Assembly: GCA_050575255.1 (NCBI GenBank)
Contig: JBNZDD010013714.1
Coordinates: 8,245,681-8,309,680 of the forward strand
DNA: 64,000 bases
Direction: 5' to 3'
DNA from: Harriotta raleighana
Taxonomy: Eukaryota
A program made the translations under genes and the position numbers. A model generated the notes under the pieces. That model saw nothing but the letters and a program-made list of their open reading frames with translations. It did not search any database and was not told the origin of the DNA. Positions within the stretch are counted from its first letter, which is position 1; every line of letters begins with the position of its first letter. This document shows positions 1 through 15,314 of the stretch, one piece after another.

Positions 1-448
1 AGGTCTCAGATGATTGGGTCGCCTGGCTTTATAAACAAGCAAACTTTGAGGCAGCTGTAGTGAGTGACATTGCTGCTGCCTTCTTCCTAGGCTCAGAATA
101 GCACCCTCTGCTGCATGATTTGACGCTTCCATTCATCACACTCCCAATCCTGGAAATGTTTGGGAACTTTTCCTGTAGCTAATTTGCAGCAATTCCCTCC
201 CCACCACCTCCCACCCCAGCCACCACCCGACCCATAACAAAATCCTACTTTAAATCACACTTTTTAAAGAAAACAATTATCAAATCACAGAACTAGACAA
301 GGCCATTCCACAATCTAGAGGAATGCTGAACAATTTCCGGAATTGAGTTACAGGCAAATTTCAGCATTGCTAAGGGTTACTAACTTAGGCGTAAAATCAT
401 CACAGTTATATTTTTAAATTCATCCCTCCATTTGTGGGTGCTGTGTCT

Positions 449-520
449 ACAACAACAACAACAACTTCAATTTATATAGCGCCCTCCACGCTGGATGGCG
501 TCTCAGAGCGCTTCACAATA
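449..520 (-). mobile_element. Short L2/SINE-type 3' tail fragment
   Basis: Reverse complement reads tgtgaagcgctctgagacg...gggcgctatataaattgaagttgttgttgttgt, the same tail motif as the L2 and SINE copies elsewhere in the window. Confidence 0.75.
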
Positions 521-1446
521 GAGGATCCCAGTCTATTGAAGCAGTCAGAAGCCATTTCCCTATATTGTCTTTGGCTTGTAACAGTTAAGTTGCTGTATTA
601 TGTAGTGACTGTGTATTTTGCAGTCAAATGTTATCAGAGTTAATCACGTTACCTGAATGTTTGTGGAAAAGCTGCCTAGTCAGGCACTGGAATATCTACT
701 ATGATCATATAGATACTGTAGTAGAAAATTTCTGGTAACTAAAGGCGACAGGGATAATGGGTGATTTGCATTTAATATAAATGTTTTTAAGGACTCCGTA
801 ACTCTCGAGATGGATCCCTATATGATATTAAGTCATTGTTCTTTCAATTACTTATAGCTTCTGGTGTTACCAATTTTCACTATCATTATATTTCCACTTG
901 ATGTCGAAAATTGTCAAAATTGCTGAGGAACTCAAACAAGTAAACTACTTGTCATTTTCCATTATGTTGCAGTTTAGTTTTTGGAAATATTGAATGCAAA
1001 CGAAAACAAGTGTACAATAACGGGAAAGCTTTTAAGGGGCAAAGAAAACACTTAATATCGCTTCCAATAGAATGACAATTTAACAACTGTTCTATTACTT
1101 TCGTGTTTTGCTCTAAGCAACACGCGGTACAGGTTCCCAGTGCAGTTTCACATTAAGCTTGAATAATACACTGAATCAGGCATGCTGCTGATACAGCTGT
1201 TTCCTTTTTTGTATTATTCATTTAAATGAAATATGCCATCTGCTGCTAAGAAATGATGATGGGAGAGACTAAAGAATTTTTGCAAAAAATAAGCAAACAT
1301 GTGAATTGTCAGCATTCTGTCGACTTCCGTTGTGAAATAGAAAAGATGCACTATTGACAACTTTGTGTTTGTGTTGTGTTAGCAAAATCAGTGGAGAAAC
1401 TTTTGGCATCTGTTGTAATGATGGTGATAATTTGTATGCATTGTAG

Positions 1447-1599
1447 ATGTAGGAGAGGAAGTGGGAAGGTCTGCAGGAATTCAGCAGGCTTCTTTACTGA
1501 GAGATCGAATGCCTGGATCAACCATCAGGGATTGCCCTTACTGTGGGAAATCTTTCAGAACATCCCATCATCTGAAAGTCCACCTGCGAATACATACAG
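1447..1599 (+). CDS. ZNF536: ZNF536 internal coding exon (153 bp, phase 1/1) encoding one C2H2 zinc finger
   Basis: Acceptor ttgtag|AT and donor ACAG|gttagt. Translates (D)[50 protein letters not shown](G), matching my recollection of the vertebrate ZNF536 segment (...[40 protein letters not shown]). Splices in frame to the 9219 exon, forming the canonical HT-GEKPY linker. Not in the ORF track; 1376..1633 is a different frame. Confidence 0.95.
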
Positions 1600-2799
1600 G
1601 TTAGTGCGATTTTCAAAATCCCCTGACAAATGAATCTTAAATGACATTTGTTTATTCCTCAAATTGATTACAAAAGTGTGAATATTCACCATTTTCACTA
1701 GATGTCAGCCATGTTTATTGCTAGGCAGGTGTGATTAATAACAGTTAACATTAATGGCATTTTAAACATACTTGTATGTTTACTTTCATGTATGATGATG
1801 GGCAGCCAACCTCACAAATAGCTGGAAAATTAGTGGCAATGCTCAGATTTTAGGGACAAATATTCCCAATAAATTTAATATGTGAAGCAGATACTGACTG
1901 CAGATTAAATTCCAGCAGTGATTTTGTCACACGTTTATTCACTGAAACAAAGTAGTCATCAGAATGCAGCAGAAGGAGATGTCATTTAAATCAAGCAAAT
2001 GTCATGTGGTAAAAAGATAGATTTTACAATCCTTTTGAGGTATCAAATATGAAAGTATCTTGGCCCATAATGCACAGAGCAAGAAAGTCCAGGTGTAATC
2101 CCTGGTCTGTGCAAAGTTATCTGATTTCAGATGTTCTTAATGCAATAGTCAATAATAAAACATTCACAAAACACTTTTGCAGATGTGGAATGAAGGCAAA
2201 TTGGTGCGTGTTTCGAAAACAGAAGAAGCCATTCATTACTCAGTATCTTTAGGAGAGATTACAATGAATAGATGGTCTCTACTTTGGGAGCCTTTTTGAT
2301 TTTCACTCATTGCACTTTGTCTGGTTTGGACAGGTTTAAGTGTGGTGATGGGTTTCCACATGTGTCAGACATCCAGCTGACCAAAAAAACACTTGGAGAT
2401 CAGATCTGGGCGAAAAACCTGACAAACCATAGGATAATATTTGCCCACACAAAGCAATGGTTTTCCATGCATAATGGTAACCTCAATCATGTTTAGATGA
2501 GTTTAGGTGATTGTCACCCATTCCTGATTTTTCTGAATAAGCAGCAGGTTTAAATTAACTCAAAGCTGTCTATGCCAACTTCATTATTATTCAGCTATTT
2601 TCACATGAGAGCACTGCCCTTCCTCACTGCTATCTCATGTCCACAGGCAGTAGAAGTCAGACTGTGGACTTGTTTGTGGCCACTGCAATCCAATGCTTGA
2701 CAGCTGACAGACCTGCATACTGAGGAAGGTTATAGGTGTTCGCAATGAGTAAGGAGTTTTGCTCCTAAGGCATGCTCATCATAGCAGCACAGCCTAGAA

Positions 2800-3197
2800 G
2801 TAGTGCTATTCACCTTCAAAGCCCTCTATGGTCTTGCTTCCCCCTACCTCTGTGACCTCCTAACCCCTACCAAACTGCCCACTCCCTCTGCTCATCGAGC
2901 TCCAGCCTGTTTCATGTCCCTTGCCTCACCCCCCCACCATTGGCGGGTGGATCTTCTCCCACTCTGCCCTCACCACCTGGAACTCCATCCATAATCCCTC
3001 TGCTGGTCCCCCCTCTCTTGCCTCATTCAAGGCCTGTCTTAAGACCCTCTTCTTCGACCGTGCCTCCAGACACACTCCGTCACCCCCAGTCCTCCATCCT
3101 CCCTGATCCCGACCCTCAGCTCGGGTCCGAAATACTGACTGCCCAGTGCCTTGAGACCTCCTCCTGAAGTGAATGTAATTATGTTGTTATTGTTGTT
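2800..3197 (+). mobile_element. L2-clade LINE 3' fragment (end of ORF2 plus 3' UTR), degenerate
   Basis: LFTFKALYGLASPYL...F(S)HSALTTWNSI...SFKACLKTLFF across frameshifts, then C-rich UTR and a gttgttattgttg tail; homologous to the 33362-34268 copy. Confidence 0.88.
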
Positions 3198-4358
3198 TTA
3201 GAATGGCACCCATTAGTTTGAATGGCAAAAATGTTGAGAGATTGGAATCCAAACCCAAGCTCCTTCTTAATGGAATTCCACTGCTCTACAACAAAATCTA
3301 CCTGTCTATCTCGAATAGTACTTACTGTTTTTGAACATTGCTTTTTACCTGAAATACAATTGTAGTTTTATTTGAAGTTTGGGTATGTCTGTAAAAGCAT
3401 TTCTTGCTGGTCAAGTGCAACTTATATTTAGTTTGAATAAAATGAACCACTAAGGTATTAGCCAGTAATTAACAGAAAAATGCAAACAGTTGTACAGTAC
3501 TACAATTTTATGATCTGAAGAATTGTGAGTGACAAGTGAGGGGGTGAAAGCTGCTCTCGTTAGTCAGACTCCTACAACTTTACAGTAGTGACATTGGAAA
3601 AAAATAAAGAGGGAACAGATGGGATCCGAAGGGTGAATTTATGTTTCACTGAGATTAAGAGGCTTATTAGTCAATGGTTTGCCCTTGAAAATAATTCAGT
3701 CACTTTTCATAAAGGCGAATTGTTCAATCCTTAAAAAATCTCTCCTTCTGCGTCCAATTCTATGGGTTTGTATTGGCTGTTTTAGCTCAGTATTAGAAGA
3801 CTTTTAGCAGAGTGGAGTACTGTACTTTTAAGATCAATTTCAATTTGGTAAAAGGAATAGAAAGATCTGAAGAGATATGTTCATATTGATTGCATGATGG
3901 AACACCACACAATTTCCTCTGCTTCCGCTAGCTGTGTTCATAATATGGAGAGTGACATGTTCTCCTAAGCTTTTCGAGAAAGATGCCTTTTTCATTGGAT
4001 CTCAAAGCCCTCGAGCCTTCTGTCTTGATTGCTCTTGTGTGATAATTGGTCAAGACTGTAGGTGGCAACAACACAATCAAGTGAACCAGGCAATTTCTTA
4101 TCATTTCTTGTCTAATTTGCACCTAGACAGCAATGGTTTCAGAGTTGTTGTGTGTGGGTTAAGCATTCCAACAGAATAAACAATAAAGCGAAAGATTGTG
4201 AAAAATCAGTAACATCAACATTTATCATCTCTTCAGATGTCAATGTTGTCGCACTTTGAATTAAATAGCAATGATGACATTAGGATCAATGGTGGACAAC
4301 ACAATAATTATACCTTTGAGGATGAAGTTGAGAGAGAATCTTATGATTGTGTATATTT

Positions 4359-4665
4359 GGAGTCCTGTAGCTCAGTGGTTAGAGAATTTGCCTTACAAAC
4401 ATGAGACCTGTATTTCAAATCCAGGCAGGTTGGATGAAACTTTGGGCAAGTTTGTTTACTCCACATGCCTAATAATAATCTGCCCAAAAAACTATAATAA
4501 ATCGGTCATTTCAATCCACGACTGTCTGTGGGACACTGCTGTGACTGCTGCATTTCGCCCATAAATATACAATCAGTTCACCTTAGAGTATATTCTGTGA
4601 AACGCTTTGAGACGTTAGAAGACGTGAAAAGTGCTATATCAAATGTAAGGATTCTTATTATTATT
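4359..4665 (+). mobile_element. tRNA-derived SINE, full length
   Basis: Head ggagtcctgtagctcagtggttagag (A box), degenerate B box, body tgtgggacactgctgtg, L2-like tail ...tgctatatcaaatgtaaggattcttattatt; several homologous copies in the window. Confidence 0.9.
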
Positions 4666-7600
4666 TTCTTTGGATTGAACCAAGTAGCTATTCTTTATGC
4701 GTGAATCTGGGTAATGAGGCAAGTTGTAACACTCTGGAGGGCATCACAGTCAAGTCAACTCTGTCTACCCTTCCTATTCCACAACAATCCAAAACACACT
4801 TATTGTAGAAGGAATTATTGGATAGCTGTCAACAGCAGGAACACATTCTTTCTATTCCTAGCTCAAGTTCTAAGATCAATGTCAGCACCCTCTTGTTCTC
4901 TAGGGATTAAAAATTGGGGTTTCATTTTGAGTGTGTTTGAGTTTTCCCCCCCACTTATATGATTAACAACATTCATGCTTAATTCATTGCTACTGCTATC
5001 AAATAATGTTGGGTATTATGTTAGCATATTACTCTTACAAATGCATCTACATATTACCCAGAAAATTTAACATAAGATGACTTTTAATTCACCTAGAAGT
5101 GAAGCATTTTCCTCACAGAGTGTCTTCATAAGCATGTCTCCAACCGAAGTTACTGCTATGGTTATGGTCATCTGATATGCTGGTCAGGAACTATCCTAGT
5201 TTTTCCTGTGCAGTTCCAGCTATTTTACTGTGAACACATGTTCTCCTCATTTCCTACCACCGCCTGACTTCAGTTCAACTTATCTGCTTTGAGCATTTCT
5301 GGAGTATCCCTTCCTCTAAGGATTACCTTGTAACAGTAGAAATCTATTAAACATGAAAGCTATGGGAATGCATAAGGAGGTAAGTACTTCACACTGACAA
5401 TATTCCGCCCATGGTACTGATCTTCTTTAATACACTCACATAAGCTCTGAACTTAATTTTTTTTTATCCAGATGAAGCCTCAAGTGTTTAATAATTCAGT
5501 ATTGAGAATACGTTCCAATTGAATTCTAGAATGTGGACATTATATTTGCTATAAACAAATAACTTTCAACCAGTAGTTAACAAGGTACGACTAGTTGATT
5601 TGACGGTTAGTGATAGATGACTGTCAGATAATTAGTTTTGAATAGACATTACGCCTTGTGATAAAGTGTCAGATAAATGCTGAAGCAGTTTGGAAAAATA
5701 ATACATTGCTCTGTTTATCTGCTGTAATCCCTCTTGGTTACACGATGCTCTGTACAGATATTGGCTTAAATAGCACATTGGGAAATAAGGTTCATCCAGA
5801 TTTTTATTCCAAATGTTTTGGGCTACACATGTTTGTAAAGGCCAAAACTTTGTTAATGAGCATGAAGAGAACAGTTTGCCTTCAAGGAATGTTCTGAATG
5901 AACACAATAAATAAATATTTTGGGACAAGCCAGAAGGTTCTAATAAAGCAGGCAGCAAGGGTTAAAAGGGACCAAATGATAAGTAGCACTTTGGGGTGTA
6001 TCAAGAATTGAACGCTTAAGGAATAAAGGAACAGAGAAAAGCCTGTTCTCGGAAAATAGTCAACATAAATTTGATAACTAAATGCAAAATTACATCTAGA
6101 TGATTGGAGCATTCTCCATGTGATTAACCTAATTAATCACAGTACGATTCTCCACCCCCATATGACTTACATGAAGAATACATGCATTGATTCACATTTT
6201 CTTTTTTTCTCTTGATCTGATTTCCTTCCAAAGTGCTGCTAAGAGCTGCGTATCACTATATACTGAGTACCCTTTTGGTTGGGAATTCAGAAAAAGCAGC
6301 ATTACCTAGCTCCTTACCATCTTGAGCAATGCTGTTTATACGATTGATAAGCAAGGGCAGAAGGAGACAACAATACCAATTTTCCTGCTCCAGAGCTAGG
6401 GTATCCCAAGACAGGGTAGAACACCGATTACGATGACGCACTCCACCCCAAGAATTGGCAAACCTTGAGCTCAGGTGACTGATACTTAAGCCTTTGACCA
6501 TCTGGTCAGGAGCAGGCATTTACTGTCTGTGCTACCAGCCCATCCAGTAAATATGGTCATGACAGAATTTAACTCCAGATTAATTGCTTCCAGCAAACCT
6601 GGTAGAAAGGAATTAACTGAATTTAAATTCCCAAAAAGTTAAAGAGGTAATGTTACCATATTAATTTCCTACCAAAGATTTAGTAGGAAGATGTCCATTA
6701 GCGAAATTAGCTACAGTTTCTGGCTAGCTAACAATGTGAAGTATACAGTAGGGCATGGCTAATGAATACCGCAGTGGGTGATATTTCATTATACAAATTA
6801 ATGCTCACATATTAATGGGAAAGTCACAAAATGAATCTAGGCTTCAATGACAGCAATTAGAAACACAGATTGTCCCCTTCTAGACAAGGCACTGTTTAGC
6901 AATAAGCAGCTGTGCAATAGTCTTCATATTTACAGCATATAAGCTTAGGGGAATCATGTGGACAATTTATATTAATGCACTCTAGCTTTGCTGTGAAGAA
7001 TATTTATTTCACCCTTTCTAAGTGAATAAAACTCAGCATTTTAAAGTATTAGTGCTTAATTATCAGATGATGGGTAATGCATACACATTAATATAAAATT
7101 ATAACAAAAGGGTTTGTGGTTTATTAAATATTTCCTGGATCAAAAAGCATACCTCGTAGCTTGAAGACAAAGGTTATTTTGTTATGAATAAAATCAATCC
7201 ATTTATCACATATGAGCAGTTCCGGTAATGGGTAATCTTTGTTCAAAAACATATTGTAAAGCACAGGGACTGATTTAGAAACGTAGATCTTATACCGAGA
7301 AAACAATTCACTCTGCATTATGGAAACATTTACTGAGCATAACATTTAAAATAACTGGAATAAATCACAGTATTTTTAAAGCTCGTTCGGAATGTAATTC
7401 CAGTCTTTGTGGCAATGCTCAAATGAGGTCACATAGTTCTGTTGTGTGATCTTTGACCAAGCAAGATATTTTTCATTGTATCAGGTGCCATTTTTAATAT
7501 TGTGTGTCTGAAGATGTAAATTCAGTGGAAAATGTGATGCAGAAATAAAATACTGTATTTCACTAGGGATTAGCTGCCTCAGATGGCAGTTTTTGTTTCT

Positions 7601-9142
7601 TGACATCTCGAAACATGAGGTTTTGAAAACATTGTTCCTTATACTGTACATTTTTATTTTTTATTAGTACTACTCAAACTTTTTTTGCAATACAAAATTG
7701 TCATAGAAATTATAGAATGTAGGTTCCTAAAGATGTCACACAATTATATACCATACAACAATCATACTTTTTACTGCTACCTGCTAGAAGATTAATAACC
7801 TACAGATGTCTCATGCGATGTATGCAGATATTAATCCAAGGTTGCACAATAGAAAATTGAGTGATACCCATTGAATAACTTATTTGTTCTCTTTGTTAAT
7901 CATGAATAAAGCATTTTTGTATATGCTTCATTCATTACCAATAAAAAAGGCATTTAATAAAATGATAAGTAGCACAAGGTCATTTTGCTGTGTGGCGTGA
8001 CCCTGGACTTGTGCAAGAGATGAGACTGAATCTGGCATGCTGTGAATGCCAGTTATAGTACTTAGCACTGTCACCCTGCATGGATACAGAATATTTTATT
8101 TGGCTTGAACTTGATGTATTTGTATTTTGAGAGAATGGCAACGAGGGATTATCAAGTGCCTAATGCATATGTGGCCAAATTAACCCAATGTCCTAGTCAC
8201 TATGAAAGCAGCACAGGCCATGAATTAATACTAGGTTATATGCGGTGTTTTTGGACTCCGAGCTATTTGGCTTGCAGACTTTGGAAGGAATACAGCCGTG
8301 GCTTCTATGATCTGATCAAATGAATGGCAGCGAGTTGCTCTGTGGGATTGGGTGTGTTTAAGCACCAATCAAAAACAGGAACTGGCCTTTCCCAGCACAG
8401 TGATTTGCCTTTCCAGTGGTGAGCGCGTTATTCAAACGTGGCCAGAGAATATTGACTTTGCACGCAGAATAACAGGATTACACTACATTTATGTTCAAAG
8501 AATATAACATTTTAAAGTAACATTTTTGAAAAAGCCAAGTGCAGGAAAATGATGATACAAACAATTATGTATTCAGACAAATAACACACACTCATCACAG
8601 TTGCTCAAGAATAGAATCTAGCTTCTTTATAAGGCGCGTTATGGAAATATATGCATATAACAAGCAACTTATAAGATGTTGTAATTCATCCTAAGAATTC
8701 CTGGAACATGAACATCTCATTATATGCTTTCTCTTCTATCTCATCTGAATGTTTTCCATCCACTGCAAATGCTCTGCTGCATATTTTAATTAAAACCAAT
8801 AGACATTTCCAATGGCTAACTGTGTTCTGCAACGTGTTTTTGAATTTGAAAACAAACCATGTTTTATTTATACTGCTCACTAAGTGTACATTTTCTTTGA
8901 ACCAATTCTACTTTCTGCAAATTTTAAAATTTATTCTAGAATGTTGCCTCACAAATGGTGATGAATTACTTGCGCAGCACACCATTTGCTAATTATACCC
9001 ATGATTTACTGCATACTAGGTCTTAAATCATTCATTTCAGTTTTGTACAGAATGTTGCTAAGTTTTATTCTTTGAGACGATATGTACACTTTATGTAAAA
9101 AAACTTTGTTTCCTCGTGTAACATGATCATCTTTAATAGTAA

Positions 9143-10942
<1,800 letters not shown>

Positions 10943-11462
10943 TGAAGATGTTGCCCAATCCAATACCTTCTAGAAGCCTTAGCTTTAAGGGATTGCAAAG
11001 TAAAATTTACGAAACCTATTGTACTCTGTATGTTGCTAATTTGTCGACTGTTCTGTTTTTTCAGGTGTTCATATCAAAGTGCAGCAATATTCTCAGATCA
11101 GTGGTTATAAATATTGATAGCAAAAAATATGAACGCTTAAGGTGTTTTTTGTAGTTTGAGAATAATGTGGGAGACTTAAAGTGTCGTGGAAGTTATTTGT
11201 GAAAGATGTAATAAACTAGGGACATATTTTACTTGTAGAAATAAATTCAGGTTCAGTACCACCACTGGAAAAGTAGAAAACTAGGAAATATTATAGGTCA
11301 GAATCTTGGTCGGGATTCTAGGGGTGAGACATGTGCTAAGAGGACCTTCAGTCTGTGTTAATGCACACCTTTGAAGTCTTTGGATTTGGTGGCATGAGAA
11401 ATATTTCACTCATCAAGCTGTTCAGTAATCCTGAAGCTGTGATTCCTGTTTTCCTCTTGCAG

Positions 11463-11491
11463 GTTTGCTATCAGTAAAGGCAACACCTTGA
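11463..11491 (+). CDS. Candidate short terminal coding exon of ZNF536 (G-LLSVKATP*)
   Basis: Strong acceptor cctgttttcctcttgcag|GT, phase-compatible with the donor at 10907; TGA at 11489-11491; AATAAA at 12038-12043. No transcript evidence. Confidence 0.3.
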
Positions 11492-12225
11492 GCATGTGAG
11501 TTCAGCATTAGTATCGGTCAGTTAGCACAACAGACCTCTGATCTCTGTTTTGTATCATATATGGAGTCTGATGCTCTAGAAGAAGACTTGCAAACAAAAG
11601 GAAAAAAGGAAAACATTTGTGCAGTACATCTTTTGGAGGCTTTTTTTTTCTCTAATTACTTATAAATGTACCTGAGATCAAAGCAGTTTTGAGAGTGAGC
11701 ATCTTAGGCTCTTTGGGAGTGCCTTTCTCATAAACCCAGCTGGTAGTTTTCAGGAAGAAAACATTCACTTTGTAAAGTGAAGTTACTTGTTATTTCAACA
11801 CTTCTGCCCCACCAAAAGCTGATACACACACTGCAATTAGACACAGCGGTGAAATGAACCTCACCTGATATAAAGTTGGTACTGAGAGACTTCCCAACTT
11901 TCTGATTGGGAAGAGTTCACACCTTTAGCATAACGGTGGCCGAGTATCTGTTTCATTTGACCGGGGGAAAATAAGTCACAAAGTGTTATGAGTTTGGTGA
12001 GCAGTTGACAGAACCAGTTTTGGAGGAATCAAACTGCAATAAAGAATCTGTGCTTGACATACACCGACAGACAGAATGATTGATAGACTTAATCTCTGTT
12101 TCTGTCCTTCAGATGCCCAGCCATCCATAATTTGCTGCACGTTCATATCCACAGGAGATGTCCAGTGTGATGTGCACAGGCCTGAGCACCCAACATGTGC
12201 TTCAGTGAAATTTATTGACAGCAGC

Positions 12226-15200
12226 TCAAGTACCCAAGGCTGTTTTTAAGATGAGTAACTTTTGGAAAGTGGTTTGAAGGGGATTTCCTGGTAGTTAGGC
12301 TACTCTCTCAACCAGATAGTCTAAAGTTTGAGTACGATGCTTGTGTGTCACTCTGATCCAATAGACCTAAAGGTGAAATTTTGTTATCACGTGTATTAGA
12401 TTCATCCTAATTATCTTCTACCTGAGGAACAGAAAAGCAACTCGCTTTGCACCAGTCTATAATAGGTGAACATCTTGTCAGTCAAATAGGTGAAGGCACC
12501 AGTAAGAGCCATGGGGATGCAGATTGGCTCAGATTGCTCTGCCCTGGTTTAGCAGGAGGATGATGATGTGCAAAAACAGGCCCATGTGGGGAAAGGGGAT
12601 ATCTGGGAATATAAATCGCACAAGAGCTAAGTACTATATTTAATGTATATTTGTTAGTGTCGCATAGAAAAATAAGTATTTAAATGTAATAGAATTGAGG
12701 GTTTCAGGTGGTCTAATTGGTATGTGGGAAACACAAGCAGTTTATAATCTGAACCTTTGGTTGAATTTTTACAGACCTTTTACACCCTTGTGAGCATCCT
12801 GTTATATGGGTTGAAATTCGTAGCATTTCATGAAACAGTTGATGGGAAAACTTATCATATTGAATGGATTATGAAACGCCACCAATTTCACCCTGAATAT
12901 ATGAAGGAAACATGATTTATTTTCTTGTTTCCAGGTGGCACATGGCTACACGTATTTGCTGAACTGTGTGAGTTTGTTGGTTTGTGAATTTGGGGGTCAG
13001 TGAACAGTATGTTATGGTCAAAGCAAATTACTTAATCAAGATTTTATTGTGAACTGGCAAATGAAAATATTTTTAACAATCAGTTTGCGTATGATAGAAC
13101 CAATTGTGGCAGTATAGTTTCATGTTATGTATACAAGGGTGTCACAGAAATACGTAGACCCCTTTTTTAAGATGCCTAGTTATACTGTTACCTCATATAT
13201 TGAGAGTGGAAAAGTGAGTCAACGTTTCGGGTCCACGACCCTTTGTCAAAAAGAAACCTTTATGATGTGCTTTTAAGCTTAAATGTAATGCTACAGTGTG
13301 GCTATTGTATTAGAACATTTGATTGATCCATAAACTAAATAATAATAGACCAGAAGCTTTATTTTACATTAATGGATAAATGTATTACCTTTTTATTATT
13401 GACAAATACTTCATTTACAACTTTTCATGTGCAGTAGTTTTTTTTACATTGTCCTTACTAACAAAAAATCTTGTGAAATACTCGGCATACACCAGTTTTT
13501 TAAAAATAATCCACTTTTTACTACACAAAACACTTTCAATGTATGGTCTCCAGAGAAATAATATCAAGGATTTAAACTAGCAAAAAGTTTTTTTTCGTCC
13601 TTGTACTAAAATTAGTGCATTGGAACAGAGTAGTTTATCAATTCAAAATGTGCACCAGTCAGTCAAAGATATTTTGGAAACCTTCAGTAATTTTGTGCTT
13701 CACTTATCTGGCAGAAATAACTTGTATATTCAGGAATATATATTCCAGCAACAAAGAACTGCTCATGTANTCAAGTACCCAAGGCTGTTTTTAAGATGAG
13801 TAACTTTTGGAAAGTGGTTTGAAGGGGATTTCCTGGTAGTTAGGCTACTCTCTCAACCAGATAGTCTAAAGTTTGAGTACGATGCTTGTGTGTCACTCTG
13901 ATCCAATAGACCTAAAGGTGAAATTTTGTTATCACGTGTATTAGATTCATCCTAATTATCTTCTACCTGAGGAACAGAAAAGCAACTCGCTTTGCACCAG
14001 TCTATAATAGGTGAACATCTTGTCAGTCAAATAGGTGAAGGCACCAGTAAGAGCCATGGGGATGCAGATTGGCTCAGATTGCTCTGCCCTGGTTTAGCAG
14101 GAGGATGATGATGTGCAAAAACAGGCCCATGTGGGGAAAGGGGATATCTGGGAATATAAATCGCACAAGAGCTAAGTACTATATTTAATGTATATTTGTT
14201 AGTGTCGCATAGAAAAATAAGTATTTAAATGTAATAGAATTGAGGGTTTCAGGTGGTCTAATTGGTATGTGGGAAACACAAGCAGTTTATAATCTGAACC
14301 TTTGGTTGAATTTTTACAGACCTTTTACACCCTTGTGAGCATCCTGTTATATGGGTTGAAATTCGTAGCATTTCATGAAACAGTTGATGGGAAAACTTAT
14401 CATATTGAATGGATTATGAAACGCCACCAATTTCACCCTGAATATATGAAGGAAACATGATTTATTTTCTTGTTTCCAGGTGGCACATGGCTACACGTAT
14501 TTGCTGAACTGTGTGAGTTTGTTGGTTTGTGAATTTGGGGGTCAGTGAACAGTATGTTATGGTCAAAGCAAATTACTTAATCAAGATTTTATTGTGAACT
14601 GGCAAATGAAAATATTTTTAACAATCAGTTTGCGTATGATAGAACCAATTGTGGCAGTATAGTTTCATGTTATGTATACAAGGGTGTCACAGAAATACGT
14701 AGACCCCTTTTTTAAGATGCCTAGTTATACTGTTACCTCATATATTGAGAGTGGAAAAGTGAGTCAACGTTTCGGGTCCACGACCCTTTGTCAAAAAGAA
14801 ACCTTTATGATGTGCTTTTAAGCTTAAATGTAATGCTACAGTGTGGCTATTGTATTAGAACATTTGATTGATCCATAAACTAAATAATAATAGACCAGAA
14901 GCTTTATTTTACATTAATGGATAAATGTATTACCTTTTTATTATTGACAAATACTTCATTTACAACTTTTCATGTGCAGTAGTTTTTTTTACATTGTCCT
15001 TACTAACAAAAAATCTTGTGAAATACTCGGCATACACCAGTTTTTTAAAAATAATCCACTTTTTACTACACAAAACACTTTCAATGTATGGTCTCCAGAG
15101 AAATAATATCAAGGATTTAAACTAGCAAAAAGTTTTTTTTCGTCCTTGTACTAAAATTAGTGCATTGGAACAGAGTAGTTTATCAATTCAAAATGTGCAC

Positions 15201-15314
15201 CAGTCAGTCAAAGATATTTTGGAAACCTTCAGTAATTTTGTGCTTCACTTATCTGGCAGAAATAACTTGTATATTCAGGAATATATATTCCAGCAACAAA
15301 GAACTGCTCATGTA
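12226..15314. repeat. Apparently identical 1544-bp tandem duplication separated by one N (probable assembly overlap artefact)
   Basis: 12226-13769 equals 13771-15314 (offset 1545; identical ORFs at 13380 and 14925); N at 13770. Confidence 0.93.
13208..13249 (-). mobile_element. Penelope-like terminal-repeat relic with decayed hammerhead core (duplicated at 14753-14794)
   Basis: Minus strand ttgacaa-a-gggtc-gtg-gaccc-gaaacgtt-gactcacttttcc; homologous to the arms of the 20738-20968 element. Confidence 0.7.

Noticed and set aside
1376-1633. 85-aa ORF
   Set aside because: Wrong frame over the real exon 1447-1599.
13380-15125. Duplicated 66-aa ORFs suggesting a tandem gene pair
   Set aside because: AT-rich, no protein features, and a product of the probable assembly duplication.
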